NCBI RefSeq assembly: GCF_000008465.1 | Contig: NC_006512.1 | Coordinates: 450,001-482,000 of the forward strand | DNA from: Idiomarina loihiensis L2TR | GTDB taxonomy: Bacteria > Pseudomonadota > Gammaproteobacteria > Enterobacterales > Alteromonadaceae | Reading direction: 5' to 3' | Length of the DNA stretch: 32,000 nt | Shown: positions 1-10,629 of the stretch, one piece after another | How positions within the stretch are numbered: position 1 is the stretch's first letter | Layout of the letters: each line of letters starts with the position of its first letter | The notes under the pieces: model-generated | The model's database searches: none | The model's input: only the letters and a program-made list of their open reading frames with translations | Told to the model about the DNA's origin: nothing | Made by a program: the position numbers and the translations under genes

Positions 1-172
1 GCAGGTAAAAAGTTTACAGCAGGCCGTGGAGCTAGCGGCATCTTTAGTGCAAACCGGCGACATGGTGCTGTTATCGCCTGCGTGCGCGAGCTTCGATCAG
101 TTTCAGAACTTCGAGCATCGGGGCGACAGTTTCCGTCATGCAGTGGAGGCGCTTTATGTCAACAGTGCGTGA
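1..172 (+). CDS. murD: UDP-N-acetylmuramoylalanine--D-glutamate ligase MurD, C-terminal fragment (5' end outside window)
   Basis: The reading frame starting at nt 2 is open from the window edge to TGA at 170-172. It translates to [56 protein letters not shown], the conserved MurD C-terminus ([10 protein letters not shown] motif). It lies directly upstream of ftsW, as in dcw clusters. Confidence 0.85.
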   Translation, partial: QVKSLQQAVELAASLVQTGDMVLLSPACASFDQFQNFEHRGDSFRHAVEALYVNSA

Positions 173-1385
173 AGAACAGTTAAATCTTGAGATACCGGCT
201 TCCGATGTCGGTAGTCGTTGGCAAAAGCTGATTAACTGGTTTCAACCAAAAGCCAGTCAGCCACTGTACGACCGTATGCTGTTTACCCTGGCAATGGCGT
301 TGCTGGCTTTTGGCTTTGTTATGGTCACGTCTGCGTCTTTACCTACGGCAGACCGGTTAACGGGGAATCCGTTCCATTTTGCCATTCGTCACGGCATTTA
401 TATTCTGATTAGTTTAGCCGTTATGCTGGCGACTTTACGGGTACCGGCGAATAGTTGGAATCAACAGAGCGGTAAGTTGTTGTTGCTCGGCTTGATTATG
501 CTGTTAATGGTTTTAGTTGTGGGATATGAAGTTAACGGTGCACAACGCTGGATAAAAGTCGGGCCAATTACTTTTCAGGCGGCAGAGGTCGCTAAACTTT
601 TCTTCTGTATTTATATGGCCAGTTATTTGTCCCGCAGGGAAGACGAAGTCAGAGAAGCGACTAAAGGCTTTATAAAACCTCTGGCGCTGTTGTTTATTGC
701 TGCAGTGCTTTTATTAATGCAGCCGGATTTCGGAACCGTGGTTGTCTTGTCGGCAACAACCGTCGCCATGCTGTTTTTAGCTGGCGCTAGATTGTGGCAG
801 TTTTTTGCTGTGTTCATTACCTGCGTACTGGCATTAATTTTACTGATCATCGTTGAGCCTTACCGGATGCAGCGTCTGCTCACCTTCCTGGAACCGGAGA
901 AGGACCCATTCGGTGCCGGATATCAGTTAATGCAGTCGCTTATTGCCTTTGGGCAAGGCCACTTTAGCGGCGCCGGTTTGGGTAATAGCATTCAAAAATT
1001 ACAATACCTACCCGAAGCACATACTGACTTTATTATGGCTGTTGTTGCCGAGGAACTAGGTTTTCTTGGCGTGCTGGCGGTTATTGCAACCGTATTAATG
1101 TTGGTATGGCGAGCTTTAATTATTGGCCGTCGCTGCTTAATGCAGGAGCAACGTTACGGCGGTTATCTGGCTTATGGTATCGGTATTTGGTTTAGTATCC
1201 AGGCCTTTGTGAATATCGGTGTTGCGTCCGGTGCATTACCAACTAAGGGGCTGACACTGCCTTTAGTGAGCTACGGTGGTAACAGCCTGATCATATCGGC
1301 TCTGGCCGTTGGGCTGTTGTTACGCATAGACCATGAACGTCGGATGCTGGGTCGCAAAGTGGCACCGCGCGGAGGTGCCGAATGA
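138..1385 (+). CDS. ftsW: Peptidoglycan glycosyltransferase / cell division protein FtsW (SEDS family)
   Basis: 415 aa polytopic membrane protein with SEDS motifs ([32 protein letters not shown]). It sits between murD and murG. The start is ambiguous: ATG at 138 or in-frame ATG at 156, and both overlap the murD end. Confidence 0.93.
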   Translation: MQWRRFMSTVREEQLNLEIPASDVGSRWQKLINWFQPKASQPLYDRMLFTLAMALLAFGFVMVTSASLPTADRLTGNPFHFAIRHGIYILISLAVMLATLRVPANSWNQQSGKLLLLGLIMLLMVLVVGYEVNGAQRWIKVGPITFQAAEVAKLFFCIYMASYLSRREDEVREATKGFIKPLALLFIAAVLLLMQPDFGTVVVLSATTVAMLFLAGARLWQFFAVFITCVLALILLIIVEPYRMQRLLTFLEPEKDPFGAGYQLMQSLIAFGQGHFSGAGLGNSIQKLQYLPEAHTDFIMAVVAEELGFLGVLAVIATVLMLVWRALIIGRRCLMQEQRYGGYLAYGIGIWFSIQAFVNIGVASGALPTKGLTLPLVSYGGNSLIISALAVGLLLRIDHERRMLGRKVAPRGGAE

Positions 1386-2470
1386 ACAAAGTTTTGATAG
1401 CAGCAGCCGGCACCGGTGGTCATATTTTTCCGGCCTTAGCCGTAGCAGAACAAATGCGCGACAACGGCTGGCAAGTTGACTGGCTGGGTACGCAGGAAGG
1501 TCGTTTAGAAAGTCGGGTGATTCCGGCAGCTAACTTCCCTTTACACAGCATTAGCATGACTGGAGTTCGCGGTCATGGGCTGAAAAGAAAGCTGTTCATG
1601 CCATTCACTTTGGCGAAAGCCGTGCTGCAATGTCGACGCTTGCTGAAAACACTACAGCCACAGGTAGTGGCAACCTTTGGCGGCTATGTCTGCGCGCCAA
1701 TGGGGTTAGCTGCGAAACTGCTGGGCATCCCCTTAGTGGTGCACGAACAAAATGCCATACCGGGCATGACTACCCGGTTGTTAGCCCCCAGAGCAAACAA
1801 AGTTATGTTGGGGCTACCGGTTGCCCTCCCGCAATGGCAGCAGTATCCGGTTGTTGGTAACCCTCTGCGCAAGGGGTTATTGGCACAAGCGGCTGAACAG
1901 ACAGAAAAATCAAATACAGACGGAGCCTTGAATATATTGGTGGTTGGCGGAAGTTTAGGTGCGCAGGTATTGAACGAAGCCGTGCCGGAAGCCGTCAAAG
2001 CATTAGAAGGTGTTGAACTTAATGTCCTGCACCAGTGTGGTGCTGAGCGTGAGGCAACAACTGAAAAGGCTTACTTAGGTGCATCAGTGCTTAAAACGCT
2101 GAAAGTCACCGAATTTATTGAAGATATGGGCGACGCTTTTAAAAATGCTGATTTGGTTATTTGTCGCGCTGGCGCATTAACCATATCTGAGTTGGCGGTA
2201 ATGGGCGTAGCGTCCATTCTGGTGCCATTGCCACATGCTGTGGATGACCACCAAAGCGCCAATGCGAAAGTTTTAGAAAGCCGTGGTGCGGCAGTTTTAT
2301 TGCCGCAAACTGAAGTAGTGGAAGGCGCATTGAAACAACAGTTAAAACGTTTATTGCATGACAGACAACAACTGTGGACAATGGCGCGTTTCGCTCGCCA
2401 GTGTGCGATGCCAGAGGCAACGCAACGACTGGTGAATGAATGTATGGAATATAGACAGAGCGATGACTAG
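1382..2470 (+). CDS. murG: UDP-N-acetylglucosamine--N-acetylmuramyl-(pentapeptide) pyrophosphoryl-undecaprenol N-acetylglucosamine transferase MurG
   Basis: 362 aa with the N-terminal [15 protein letters not shown] glycine-rich motif and VVHEQNA. ATGA start/stop overlap with ftsW. Canonical dcw position. Confidence 0.95.
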   Translation: MNKVLIAAAGTGGHIFPALAVAEQMRDNGWQVDWLGTQEGRLESRVIPAANFPLHSISMTGVRGHGLKRKLFMPFTLAKAVLQCRRLLKTLQPQVVATFGGYVCAPMGLAAKLLGIPLVVHEQNAIPGMTTRLLAPRANKVMLGLPVALPQWQQYPVVGNPLRKGLLAQAAEQTEKSNTDGALNILVVGGSLGAQVLNEAVPEAVKALEGVELNVLHQCGAEREATTEKAYLGASVLKTLKVTEFIEDMGDAFKNADLVICRAGALTISELAVMGVASILVPLPHAVDDHQSANAKVLESRGAAVLLPQTEVVEGALKQQLKRLLHDRQQLWTMARFARQCAMPEATQRLVNECMEYRQSDD

Positions 2471-2471
2471 C

Positions 2472-3935
2472 ATGACCGCAACCAACGCACAGCCATTTAC
2501 TATTGTGAACGTCCCGGAAATGCGCCGGGTACAGCGAATCCATTTCGTTGGTATCGGCGGTGCGGGTATGGCCGGTATTGCAGAAGTTCTGTTAAATCAG
2601 GGGTATCAGATTTCGGGTTCGGATATTGCCGAAAACGCCAATACCGAACGGTTGCGCTGTCTCGGAGCCACTGTGGTTCTCGGACATATGGCCAACAATA
2701 TCGAAGGCGCCAGTGTGGTTGTGGTATCCAGTGCAATAAAAGCGGATAACGCTGAGCTGGTAGCTGCTCACCAGCTGCGGGTGCCGGTAGTACGTCGTGC
2801 AGAAATGCTGGCCGAGCTTATGCGTTTTCGCCATGGTATTGCGGTAGCCGGTACACACGGAAAAACAACGACCACGTCATTGGTTGCGAGTATTTTTGCC
2901 GAAGCCGGTCGTGACCCAACTTTTGTTATTGGTGGTTTGCTCAATAGTGCTGGTTCGAATGCTCGTTTAGGTAACAGTAAGTATCTCATTGCCGAAGCAG
3001 ATGAAAGCGATGCGTCGTTTCTGCATTTACAACCGATGGTTGCGATAGTGACGAACATCGAAGCAGACCATATGGACACCTACGAAGGTGATTTCAATAA
3101 GCTGCTGGACACCTATGTTGAATTTTTGCATAACCTGCCGTTTTACGGTTTAGCTGTTATGTGTGTCGATGACCCTGTCGTATCTGATTTAATACCACGA
3201 CTCGGCCGTCAGACCATGACCTACGGCTTTAGCGAAGCCGCTGATGTACGAGCAATAGATTATAAACAAACCGCCAGTGAGAGCTGCTTTACTATTTTAC
3301 GCAAAGGGCTGAAACCACTTGACGTGTGTCTTAATCTGCCGGGTAAGCACAATGTGTTGAATGCACTGGCCGCAGTAGCTGTAGCAACAGATGAAGGAAT
3401 TAACGACGAAGCCATTAAGTCAGCACTGAACAAATTTGAAGGTATCGGCCGTCGTTTTCAGCATTACGGTAACTTTGCCATCTCAGATAAAGACTCGAAT
3501 AAAGAGCCGGGTGAAGTGATGCTGGTTGATGATTATGGTCACCATCCTTCAGAAGTTGCGGCCACGATTCAGGCCGCGCGGGAAGGCTGGCCGGAGCGTC
3601 GTTTGGTAATGGCATTTCAACCGCACCGTTACTCACGCACACGAGATTTGTATGAAGACTTCGTTAACGTGCTGTCGCAGGTTGACGTATTACTGATGTT
3701 GGAAGTTTACAGTGCCGGGGAAACTCCGGTAAGCGGCGCAGACAGCCGTTCATTATGTCGTTCAATACGCCAGCGCGGGCAGATAGACCCGGTTTATGTG
3801 GCAACCGTGGATGATATGCCGGAAGTTCTTGAATCGGTGCTTGCTCCGGGAGACTTGCTGTTAACGCAGGGCGCTGGAAATATCGGCGCATTGGCCAAGC
3901 GAATTGCAACTGAGGTGTTGAGTCATGAAAGCTAA
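2472..3935 (+). CDS. murC: UDP-N-acetylmuramate--L-alanine ligase MurC
   Basis: The ORF is open from 2436. The best start by comparison with enteric MurC N-termini ([26 protein letters not shown]) is ATG 2472 (MTATNAQPF...), with 2463 also possible. Mur ligase P-loop [10 protein letters not shown] is present. Confidence 0.93.
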   Translation: MTATNAQPFTIVNVPEMRRVQRIHFVGIGGAGMAGIAEVLLNQGYQISGSDIAENANTERLRCLGATVVLGHMANNIEGASVVVVSSAIKADNAELVAAHQLRVPVVRRAEMLAELMRFRHGIAVAGTHGKTTTTSLVASIFAEAGRDPTFVIGGLLNSAGSNARLGNSKYLIAEADESDASFLHLQPMVAIVTNIEADHMDTYEGDFNKLLDTYVEFLHNLPFYGLAVMCVDDPVVSDLIPRLGRQTMTYGFSEAADVRAIDYKQTASESCFTILRKGLKPLDVCLNLPGKHNVLNALAAVAVATDEGINDEAIKSALNKFEGIGRRFQHYGNFAISDKDSNKEPGEVMLVDDYGHHPSEVAATIQAAREGWPERRLVMAFQPHRYSRTRDLYEDFVNVLSQVDVLLMLEVYSAGETPVSGADSRSLCRSIRQRGQIDPVYVATVDDMPEVLESVLAPGDLLLTQGAGNIGALAKRIATEVLSHES

Positions 3936-4854
3936 TGCCTTTGGTAAAGTGGCCGTCATGCTGGGCGGTACGTCGGCTGAGCGCGATGTTTCGCTGAAAT
4001 CCGGAATGGCGGTATTAAAAGGCTTGGTTGCGAAAGGCATCGATGCACACGCATTTGACCCGGCGGCGCATAGCTTGCAGGAGCTTGTGGAGCAAAAGTT
4101 TGATCGCGTATTTATCGCTTTGCATGGCCGCGGCGGTGAAGATGGCAGCATGCAGGGGGCGTTGCAAATACTGGAAATGCCATACACCGGCAGTGATGTT
4201 CTGGGCTGTGCGCTGGGTATGGATAAAGTGCGTTGTAAACAAATTTGGCATTCAGTGGGTCTGCCAACCGCCAATTGGCGGGTGGTAACGCAAGCTGAAA
4301 TAGAGCAAGTGAACGTGGAAGCTATGTTGCAGGAGCTCGGTGGCCGGGTGATTGTAAAACCAGCACGTGAAGGCTCCTCTATAGGTATGAGCATTGCCGA
4401 TAACGGGCGAAGCCTGGCTTTAGCCTTGCAGCATGCGGCTGAGTTTGACGACGACCTTTTGGTCGAACAGTGGGTTGAAGGTGCGGAATATACCATTGGC
4501 ATACTGGAAGGTAAGGCATTACCGGTTATTCGACTGCAAACGCCACATGAGTTTTATGATTTTGAAGCTAAGTATCAGGCAAATGATACCCAGTATCACT
4601 GCCCTGCAGGGCTAAGTGACGATGACGAAGCAAGTTTGCGAACCTTGGCTGAACGCGCTTTCGCGGCCATAGGAGGTAGTGGCTGGGGACGCATCGATGT
4701 GATGCGCAATAACGCGGGTGAGTGGTTTTTGTTAGAGGCCAATACGGTACCGGGAATGACAGAAAAAAGCCTGGTACCTATGGCGGCAAAAGTTGCTGGT
4801 TTACAGTTTAATGACTTAGTGGAGCGCATTTTAGCGCAAACGCTGGAGCGCTAA
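3925..4854 (+). CDS. ddl: D-alanine--D-alanine ligase
   Basis: 309 aa ATP-grasp protein (GGTSAEREVS-like N-terminus, [17 protein letters not shown]). It overlaps the murC end by 11 nt. DdlB position in the dcw cluster. Confidence 0.95.
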   Translation: MKANAFGKVAVMLGGTSAERDVSLKSGMAVLKGLVAKGIDAHAFDPAAHSLQELVEQKFDRVFIALHGRGGEDGSMQGALQILEMPYTGSDVLGCALGMDKVRCKQIWHSVGLPTANWRVVTQAEIEQVNVEAMLQELGGRVIVKPAREGSSIGMSIADNGRSLALALQHAAEFDDDLLVEQWVEGAEYTIGILEGKALPVIRLQTPHEFYDFEAKYQANDTQYHCPAGLSDDDEASLRTLAERAFAAIGGSGWGRIDVMRNNAGEWFLLEANTVPGMTEKSLVPMAAKVAGLQFNDLVERILAQTLER

Positions 4855-4856
4855 CG

Positions 4857-5603
4857 ATGGCTGCTGAACAGCGCCTGCGCTCAGTCAACTTTTGGTCAGG
4901 TGTGGTGGTGTTATGCCTGACTATTGCGGGGGCACTGGTTGGTATCTATCAGTTAAACGAAGTGCTGACAGACGAACAGCAAGTACCGCTGGCTGAATTA
5001 AGTGTTCAAGGCGAGTTGCATTATACCGCCAGCGAAGAGGTTAGGCAGGCATTGACAGCAGAGCCGTTAGGAAGCTTTTTTACGGCCGATGTGGATGATT
5101 TAAGGCGTCGGGTAGAGCAGTTGCCGTGGGTGCAAAAGGTTTCTATTCGCAAGGTTTGGCCGGATAAGTTGTCGGTTTATGTGACGGAGCACAAACCCGT
5201 GGCCATGTGGAACGGTGATCGGCTTATCAATCAGCATCAGGAAGTTTTCCGGGCTGATATAACGAGAGCTGACAGCAGTTTGCCACAGTTGTTCGGTCCG
5301 GAGAACGCGGTGAAAGAGACCTGGAAGGAATTTAACCGGGTACAGCAAATGCTGGAGGTTAATGGCTTTCAGATAAGAGCGTTGAGATTAACCGAACGCT
5401 TTGCTGTCAACGTGGTTTTGGCACAGGGAATTGAGATTAAATTGGGGCGCGAAGCCACATTAGAGAGAATTAAGCGGTTTATCGATGTGTTTCCCAGCAT
5501 CGTTGAGCACGAAAAAAGTAAAAACAACGAAATCGATACTGTGGATTTACGATATGACACCGGGGCTGCAGTGGCCTGGCGTGAAGCAAAAAGTGAGAGT
5601 TAG
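4857..5603 (+). CDS. ftsQ: Cell division protein FtsQ
   Basis: 248 aa with a single N-terminal TM segment followed by POTRA/FtsQ-type periplasmic domain features (LPWVQKVSIRKVWPDKLSVYVTEHKPVA). It lies between ddl and ftsA. Confidence 0.9.
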   Translation: MAAEQRLRSVNFWSGVVVLCLTIAGALVGIYQLNEVLTDEQQVPLAELSVQGELHYTASEEVRQALTAEPLGSFFTADVDDLRRRVEQLPWVQKVSIRKVWPDKLSVYVTEHKPVAMWNGDRLINQHQEVFRADITRADSSLPQLFGPENAVKETWKEFNRVQQMLEVNGFQIRALRLTERFAVNVVLAQGIEIKLGREATLERIKRFIDVFPSIVEHEKSKNNEIDTVDLRYDTGAAVAWREAKSES

Positions 5604-5609
5604 ACGGTT

Positions 5610-6842
5610 ATGTCGAAAACATCGGAACACAATATGGTTGTAGGTCTGGATATAGGCACCAGCAAAGTGACTGCACTTATAGGTGAGTTATTACCTGATA
5701 ATGAGATCAGTGTTGTTGGCGTTGGCACGGCTACGTCGCGTGGCATGGACAAAGGTGGTGTGAATGACCTTAATCTGGTTGTGCAATCGGTACAGCGTGC
5801 TGTGGATGAAGCCGAATTAATGGCTGATTGCCGCGTGGCATCGGTGTATTTGAACATTTCCGGACGTCATATTTCCTGTCAGAACGAAAGTGGCATGGTA
5901 CCGATTAACGAAGCTGAAGTGACTCAGGATGATGTCGACAGCGTGATTCACGCCGCGCAGTCAGTGCCTATTGCAAAGGAACGTCGTATTTTACACGTCT
6001 TGCCGCAGGAGTACGTCATTGACTCACAGGAAAGTATCCGCAGCCCAATAGGCATGTCCGGTGTCCGTATGGAGTCGAAAGTGCACATTATTACCTGTGC
6101 CAACGATATGGCGAAGAATATTATAAAAGCGGTTGAGCGTTGCGGACTGTCGGTGGATAAACTGATTTTCTCGGCGTTAGCATCAAGTATATCGGTATTA
6201 ACCGATGACGAAAAAGATTTAGGCGTGGCGCTGGTCGATTTAGGCGGCGGCACCATTGATATTTGTATATACGCGGGCGGGGTATTGCGCCATACAGCGG
6301 TGATTCCGGCGGCAGGCAATCAAGTCACCAGTGACATTGCCAAGATATTCCGTACGCCGACCAACCACGCAGAAGAAATTAAGACCAAGCACGCGTGTGC
6401 ACTGCGACAAATGGTCAGCATGGAAGACACCATTGAGGTGCCTTCGGTGGGAGGTCGCCCGTCGCGGGTAATGTCGCGTCATACGCTGGCCGAAGTCGTC
6501 GAGCCGCGTTATCAGGAATTGTTTGAGCTGGTCAGGGATGAAATTCAGCAAAGTGGTTTAGACGAGCAAATTGCAGCCGGAGTAGTTATTACCGGCGGTA
6601 GCGCCAAAATGGAAGGTTGTGTTGATTTTGCCGAAGAAATTTTTCAAATGCCGGTTCGTATCGGCGTTCCTCTGGGCATGAAAGGCCTACGAGATTACGT
6701 CGAAGATCCGGTTTATGCCACAGCGGTGGGACTGTTACGGTATGGGCAGGAAGATGCCGCTGTGTCACAAAAAGAAAGCTCTAAAACTGACGTGATCGGA
6801 CTCTGGCAAAAAGTGCAGAGTTGGTTCAAAGGTGAGTTTTAA
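5610..6842 (+). CDS. ftsA: Cell division protein FtsA (actin-like ATPase)
   Basis: 410 aa with VVGLDIGTSKV and DLGGGTID actin-fold phosphate motifs and a C-terminal amphipathic membrane-targeting helix (LWQKVQSWFKGEF). Confidence 0.96.
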   Translation: MSKTSEHNMVVGLDIGTSKVTALIGELLPDNEISVVGVGTATSRGMDKGGVNDLNLVVQSVQRAVDEAELMADCRVASVYLNISGRHISCQNESGMVPINEAEVTQDDVDSVIHAAQSVPIAKERRILHVLPQEYVIDSQESIRSPIGMSGVRMESKVHIITCANDMAKNIIKAVERCGLSVDKLIFSALASSISVLTDDEKDLGVALVDLGGGTIDICIYAGGVLRHTAVIPAAGNQVTSDIAKIFRTPTNHAEEIKTKHACALRQMVSMEDTIEVPSVGGRPSRVMSRHTLAEVVEPRYQELFELVRDEIQQSGLDEQIAAGVVITGGSAKMEGCVDFAEEIFQMPVRIGVPLGMKGLRDYVEDPVYATAVGLLRYGQEDAAVSQKESSKTDVIGLWQKVQSWFKGEF

Positions 6843-6881
6843 CTTGGGGTAGCACGTTAAAAGCAGGTAGGGAGAATTATT

Positions 6882-8081
6882 ATGTTCGAACTGATGGACA
6901 ATTATGAAAGCGAAGCCGTCATTAAGGTGATTGGCGTCGGTGGTGGTGGCGGAAACGCTGTCCAGCACATGGTGAAAGAATCAATTGAAGGTGTGCAGTT
7001 TATTGCAGCCAATACCGATGCGCAGGCTCTGCGTAATCATACGGCAGATGTCACCATTCAATTAGGGCAGGACATCACTAAAGGTCTTGGCGCTGGCGCC
7101 AACCCGGAAGTGGGTCGTCAGTCGGCAGAAGAGGACCGCGAGAATATCCGAGTCCACTTAGAAGGTGCCGATATGGTCTTTATTGCAGCTGGCATGGGCG
7201 GCGGTACCGGAACTGGTGCGGCACCTGTGGTTGCTGAAGTTGCCAAAGAACTGGGTATTCTGACCGTTGCGGTTGTGACCAAGCCTTTCCCGTTTGAAGG
7301 GAAAAAGCGTATGGCCGTCGCCGATGAAGGCATTAACGCACTGGCGCAAAGCGTCGACTCGTTAATTACTATACCAAACGAGAAGTTGCTAAAAGTTATG
7401 GGCCGTGGAACCAGCTTGCTGGACGCCTTTAGTGCTGCAAACAACGTATTGTTGGGCGCGGTTCAGGGTATTGCTGAGCTCATTACTCGTCCGGGTCTTA
7501 TTAACGTCGACTTTGCTGACGTTCGCGCGGTCATGAAAGAGATGGGTACCGCCATGATGGGTACCGGTGTTGCCAGCGGTGAAGATCGTGCGCAGGAAGC
7601 CGCGGAGATGGCCATTAACAGCCCGTTACTGGAAGACATCGACTTGTCTGGTGCTCGTGGCGTTCTGATTAACGTGACCGCCGGCATGGACATGAGTATT
7701 GAAGAACTGGACACCGTAGGTAATACGGTTAAAGCCTTTGCTTCAGATAACGCAACGGTGATCGTGGGTACGGTTATCGATACTGAAATGTCTGACGAGT
7801 TGCGCGTAACTGTTGTTGCTACAGGTATTGGCGCGGAACGTAAGCCCGATATCTCTTTGGTGAATAATACTAACCAGACAACGGCCAAGCGTGAACCGCA
7901 ACCGGCTTACCGTAGTAATGATATAGACCGCGGCGGTGCAGCACCTCGTTATGAGGAGCAGGAAGAGCTGCAACCGGAAGCAAAAGCGGAACCAAAACGT
8001 CAGCCTGCTGCCAAAGCTAAACAGGATAAAGAACTCGATTACCTGGATATTCCGGCTTTTTTGCGAAAACAGGTCGACTAA
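6882..8081 (+). CDS. ftsZ: Cell division GTPase FtsZ
   Basis: 399 aa with the tubulin signature [10 protein letters not shown], the N-terminal [14 protein letters not shown] motif and the conserved C-terminal peptide [12 protein letters not shown]. An AGGGAGA Shine-Dalgarno lies upstream. Confidence 0.98.
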   Translation: MFELMDNYESEAVIKVIGVGGGGGNAVQHMVKESIEGVQFIAANTDAQALRNHTADVTIQLGQDITKGLGAGANPEVGRQSAEEDRENIRVHLEGADMVFIAAGMGGGTGTGAAPVVAEVAKELGILTVAVVTKPFPFEGKKRMAVADEGINALAQSVDSLITIPNEKLLKVMGRGTSLLDAFSAANNVLLGAVQGIAELITRPGLINVDFADVRAVMKEMGTAMMGTGVASGEDRAQEAAEMAINSPLLEDIDLSGARGVLINVTAGMDMSIEELDTVGNTVKAFASDNATVIVGTVIDTEMSDELRVTVVATGIGAERKPDISLVNNTNQTTAKREPQPAYRSNDIDRGGAAPRYEEQEELQPEAKAEPKRQPAAKAKQDKELDYLDIPAFLRKQVD

Positions 8082-8114
8082 ATTGACGTAACGCTTGATA
8101 AGTATGCGTAAAAT

Positions 8115-8144
8115 TTGATCGAACCATGACAAATGTCGTATAAT
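8115..8144 (+). promoter_or_regulatory. Candidate sigma70 promoter for lpxC (TTGATC-N18-TATAAT)
   Basis: TTGATC at 8115-8120 and a perfect TATAAT at 8139-8144 lie in the 123-nt ftsZ-lpxC spacer, about 60 nt upstream of the lpxC ATG. This is a sequence-pattern call only. Confidence 0.4.
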
Positions 8145-8204
8145 ATGCGGCCGCTTTGGCTTTAGCCATGGCGAACCGAATATAAAGGTAGGTGAACAAG
8201 TACC

Positions 8205-9125
8205 ATGATTAAGCAACGTACATTACAGCAAGCGATATCAACCACTGGTGTTGGGCTGCACAAAGGCAATAAAGTAAACCTTACTTTACGCCCTGCGCCG
8301 GCCAATACCGGTTTGATATTCCGTCGTGTGGACCTTGATCCTGTGGTGGATATTCCAGCACGGGCCGACTGGGTGCGTGATACGCAGCTGTGTACCTGTC
8401 TTATCAATGAGGAAAACGTTCGCGTTTCTACCGTCGAGCATTTGCTCGCTGCGCTGGCCGGCGTTGGAATTGATAATGCGATTATCGAAGTCGATTCGCA
8501 TGAAATTCCAATTATGGACGGCAGCTCGCACCCGTTTGTTTACCTGCTACAAAGCGCGGGCATTGAAGAGCAGTCAGCAGCGAAGAAGTTCATCCGGATC
8601 AAACAGCCGGTACGTGTCGAAGACGGTGATAAGTGGGCGGAACTGCTACCCCACGATGGTTTCCGTATCGACTTTGCTATCGACTTTGAACACCCGGCTA
8701 TCGCAGACACAGGCCAGACCGTCAGTATCGACTTTAGCGCTAATGCTTTTATCAAAGAAATTAGCCGTGCTCGTACCTTTGGCTTTATGAAAGACATTGA
8801 ATATTTACGGGAAAATAACCTGGCATTAGGCGGCAGTTTTGATAACGCTGTTGTGCTGGATGAATTCCGCATTCTGAATAGTGACGGTTTGCGTTACGAC
8901 GATGAATTCGTAAAACACAAAATGTTGGATGCTATTGGTGATTTGTACATGGGTGGCCACAGTATTTTAGGTCACCTGCGTGCTTACAAGTCAGGGCATG
9001 CGCTGAATAATCAGCTATTACAGGCTTTGTTAGCGCAGCAGTCAGCATGGGAGTTTGTGACCTTTGACGAAGAGCAGGCTACTGCGCCTATCGCTTTTTG
9101 GTCACCAGCAACCACGACAGCTTAA
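8205..9125 (+). CDS. lpxC: UDP-3-O-acyl-N-acetylglucosamine deacetylase LpxC
   Basis: 306 aa starting MIKQRTLQ, with [24 protein letters not shown] and [11 protein letters not shown] motifs. Position downstream of ftsZ. Confidence 0.97.
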   Translation: MIKQRTLQQAISTTGVGLHKGNKVNLTLRPAPANTGLIFRRVDLDPVVDIPARADWVRDTQLCTCLINEENVRVSTVEHLLAALAGVGIDNAIIEVDSHEIPIMDGSSHPFVYLLQSAGIEEQSAAKKFIRIKQPVRVEDGDKWAELLPHDGFRIDFAIDFEHPAIADTGQTVSIDFSANAFIKEISRARTFGFMKDIEYLRENNLALGGSFDNAVVLDEFRILNSDGLRYDDEFVKHKMLDAIGDLYMGGHSILGHLRAYKSGHALNNQLLQALLAQQSAWEFVTFDEEQATAPIAFWSPATTTA

Positions 9126-9580
9126 TCTTTATCGTTGGCGGTAAACTTTGCCGCCAACGCTTTTAATTCCGACTTCAACGGCTCATCACACCCCTCAGCC
9201 ATTGTCAGTAGGCGTTCTGCGCTGCTCGAACCTTTCTGATTTTTAATACTTTTCTCAAAACTGTTCATTGACGGAGACACCTTAATTGAAAGGCTCTGTA
9301 CCGGGACCGTCGCATTGTGGCGAAAATGCGTTATAATGGCCGCTTGCTGAAGTTTTAGCCTGGTTGCCCAGCTACCGTTATCCACCTGAATGATCATTTG
9401 ACCATCGCGGATATTCAGCAATTGGCAGTGTTGACTGGTATTTTTATCAACGCATTGTTGAAACAATTGTTGCCAATGCGAAAGTTGGGCGGCAAACTGT
9501 GCATAATGTCGTAATGTTGACGACAAGGTTTTTTGACCTGAACGAAGCCATTCTGATGGTGTTTTCGGATGTCGTGACAT
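9122..9580 (-). CDS. dciA: DUF721 domain protein, DciA-like (putative replicative helicase operator)
   Basis: 152 aa. The core [35 protein letters not shown] fits the DUF721 pattern (L-x-dG-x-L-x-V-x-s-x-WA-x-L). The position between lpxC and an M23 peptidase/secA is the arrangement I recall for Pseudomonas and Vibrio relatives. Confidence 0.7.
   Translation of the reverse strand: MSRHPKTPSEWLRSGQKTLSSTLRHYAQFAAQLSHWQQLFQQCVDKNTSQHCQLLNIRDGQMIIQVDNGSWATRLKLQQAAIITHFRHNATVPVQSLSIKVSPSMNSFEKSIKNQKGSSSAERLLTMAEGCDEPLKSELKALAAKFTANDKD
9133..9168 (+). terminator. Rho-independent terminator for lpxC, embedded in the 3' coding end of the convergent dciA-like gene
   Basis: Perfect 9-bp stem CGTTGGCGG (9133-9141) / CCGCCAACG (9151-9159) with a 9-nt loop, followed by CTTTTAATT. 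It begins 8 nt after the lpxC stop codon. Confidence 0.6.
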
Positions 9581-9614
9581 AATTGCGTAGTAGGCAAATA
9601 TTAAGAGAGTTCGG

Positions 9615-10547
9615 ATGAGTTTATCAGTCTTTTATCGAGGCTCCAAAATACGTTTTCGTATTCGGTTAAGTCGACGTCGATTTTTTTCCTTTGTCGGTAT
9701 TGCTGCCTTTATTGGCCTTGCTAGCTGGCAGCCATGGCAGTATCAGGGTATTGACCCTGCGGTGGCACAGAACAAAATCACGGAAGAGCAGAAAAAGCTT
9801 GTTTTACAAGAGCAGGCACTAAAAGAGTTAAAAGAAGATACTCAAAAGCGTCTGGGTGCTATGACCATTTATCTGGGCGAGTTAAGAGCTCAAATGCGTC
9901 GTCTGGACGCCTTAGGTGAGCGTTTAGCTGGTGTCGCTAATCTCGACAATGGTGAGTTTAACTTTAATCAGGAACTTCCCATTGGTGGGCCGGAACTAGA
10001 AGTTGCTGAACTTCCTCACAGCTCTGGTAAGGATGTCCTCACTGAAATTGAAGATATGCTGTCGCAGATCTCTGACAAACAAAAACAGCTATCGCTACTT
10101 GAATCTGTGATGATGAATCACCAACTTAATAATGATGCGTATATTGCAGGCCGTCCAATTTCAGATGGTTGGTTGTCTTCGCAATATGGAGTTCGTAAGG
10201 ACCCTTTCAATGGCACACCCGCTATGCATAAAGGGTTAGATTTTGCCAGTTATAACGAAGACGTTAAGGTTATTGCTACCGGAGCCGGTGTTGTCACCTG
10301 GGCCGGCGACAGATACGGTTACGGCACCTTAGTCGAAATTGACCACGGTGGTGGCTTAAAAACCCGTTATGGTCATAACGACGAGTTAACAGTTTCAGTA
10401 GGGGATGTTGTTACCCGCGGTCAGCAAATTGCGAAAATGGGCAGCAGTGGTCGGTCGACCGGACCACATGTTCATTACGAAGTTTTGCGTAATGGCCGTC
10501 AAATTGACCCTAATCAGTTTGTGTATCGTAAAGCTGACTCAAAATAA
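9615..10547 (+). CDS. M23 family (LytM-domain) metallopeptidase with N-terminal TM anchor and coiled coil
   Basis: 310 aa with a basic N-terminus plus TM segment and a coiled-coil region. The C-terminal LytM motifs are HKGLDF, YGYGTLVEIDHGGGLKTRYGH and GPHVHYEV. Confidence 0.9.
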   Translation: MSLSVFYRGSKIRFRIRLSRRRFFSFVGIAAFIGLASWQPWQYQGIDPAVAQNKITEEQKKLVLQEQALKELKEDTQKRLGAMTIYLGELRAQMRRLDALGERLAGVANLDNGEFNFNQELPIGGPELEVAELPHSSGKDVLTEIEDMLSQISDKQKQLSLLESVMMNHQLNNDAYIAGRPISDGWLSSQYGVRKDPFNGTPAMHKGLDFASYNEDVKVIATGAGVVTWAGDRYGYGTLVEIDHGGGLKTRYGHNDELTVSVGDVVTRGQQIAKMGSSGRSTGPHVHYEVLRNGRQIDPNQFVYRKADSK

Positions 10548-10570
10548 CTCGGTAATTAATTAGAACGTAG

Positions 10571-10599
10571 GCGGTACTTTAGGTACCGCTTTTGTTGTT
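10571..10599 (+). terminator. Terminator-like hairpin between the M23 peptidase gene and secA
   Basis: GCGGTAC (10571-10577) / GTACCGC (10583-10589), 5-nt loop, then TTTTGTTGTT. It ends 30 nt upstream of the secA ATG. Confidence 0.55.
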
Positions 10600-10629
10600 C
10601 AGGAAAGTAACACAGGATAAATCAATCTC

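Noticed and set aside
3861-4502. 213-aa minus-strand ORF overlapping murC/ddl, and similar long antisense ORFs at 27677..28345, 7743..8216, 7463..7888 and 2157..2543
   Set aside because: All are embedded antisense or out of frame in strongly recognisable conserved genes (ddl, lpdA, ftsZ, murG/murC). Their Ser/Ala/Cys/Thr-rich, low-information compositions are typical of shadow ORFs.
8326-8790. 154-aa same-strand alternative-frame ORF inside lpxC
   Set aside because: It overlaps lpxC entirely in another frame and has no recognisable motifs. LpxC itself is full length and conserved.
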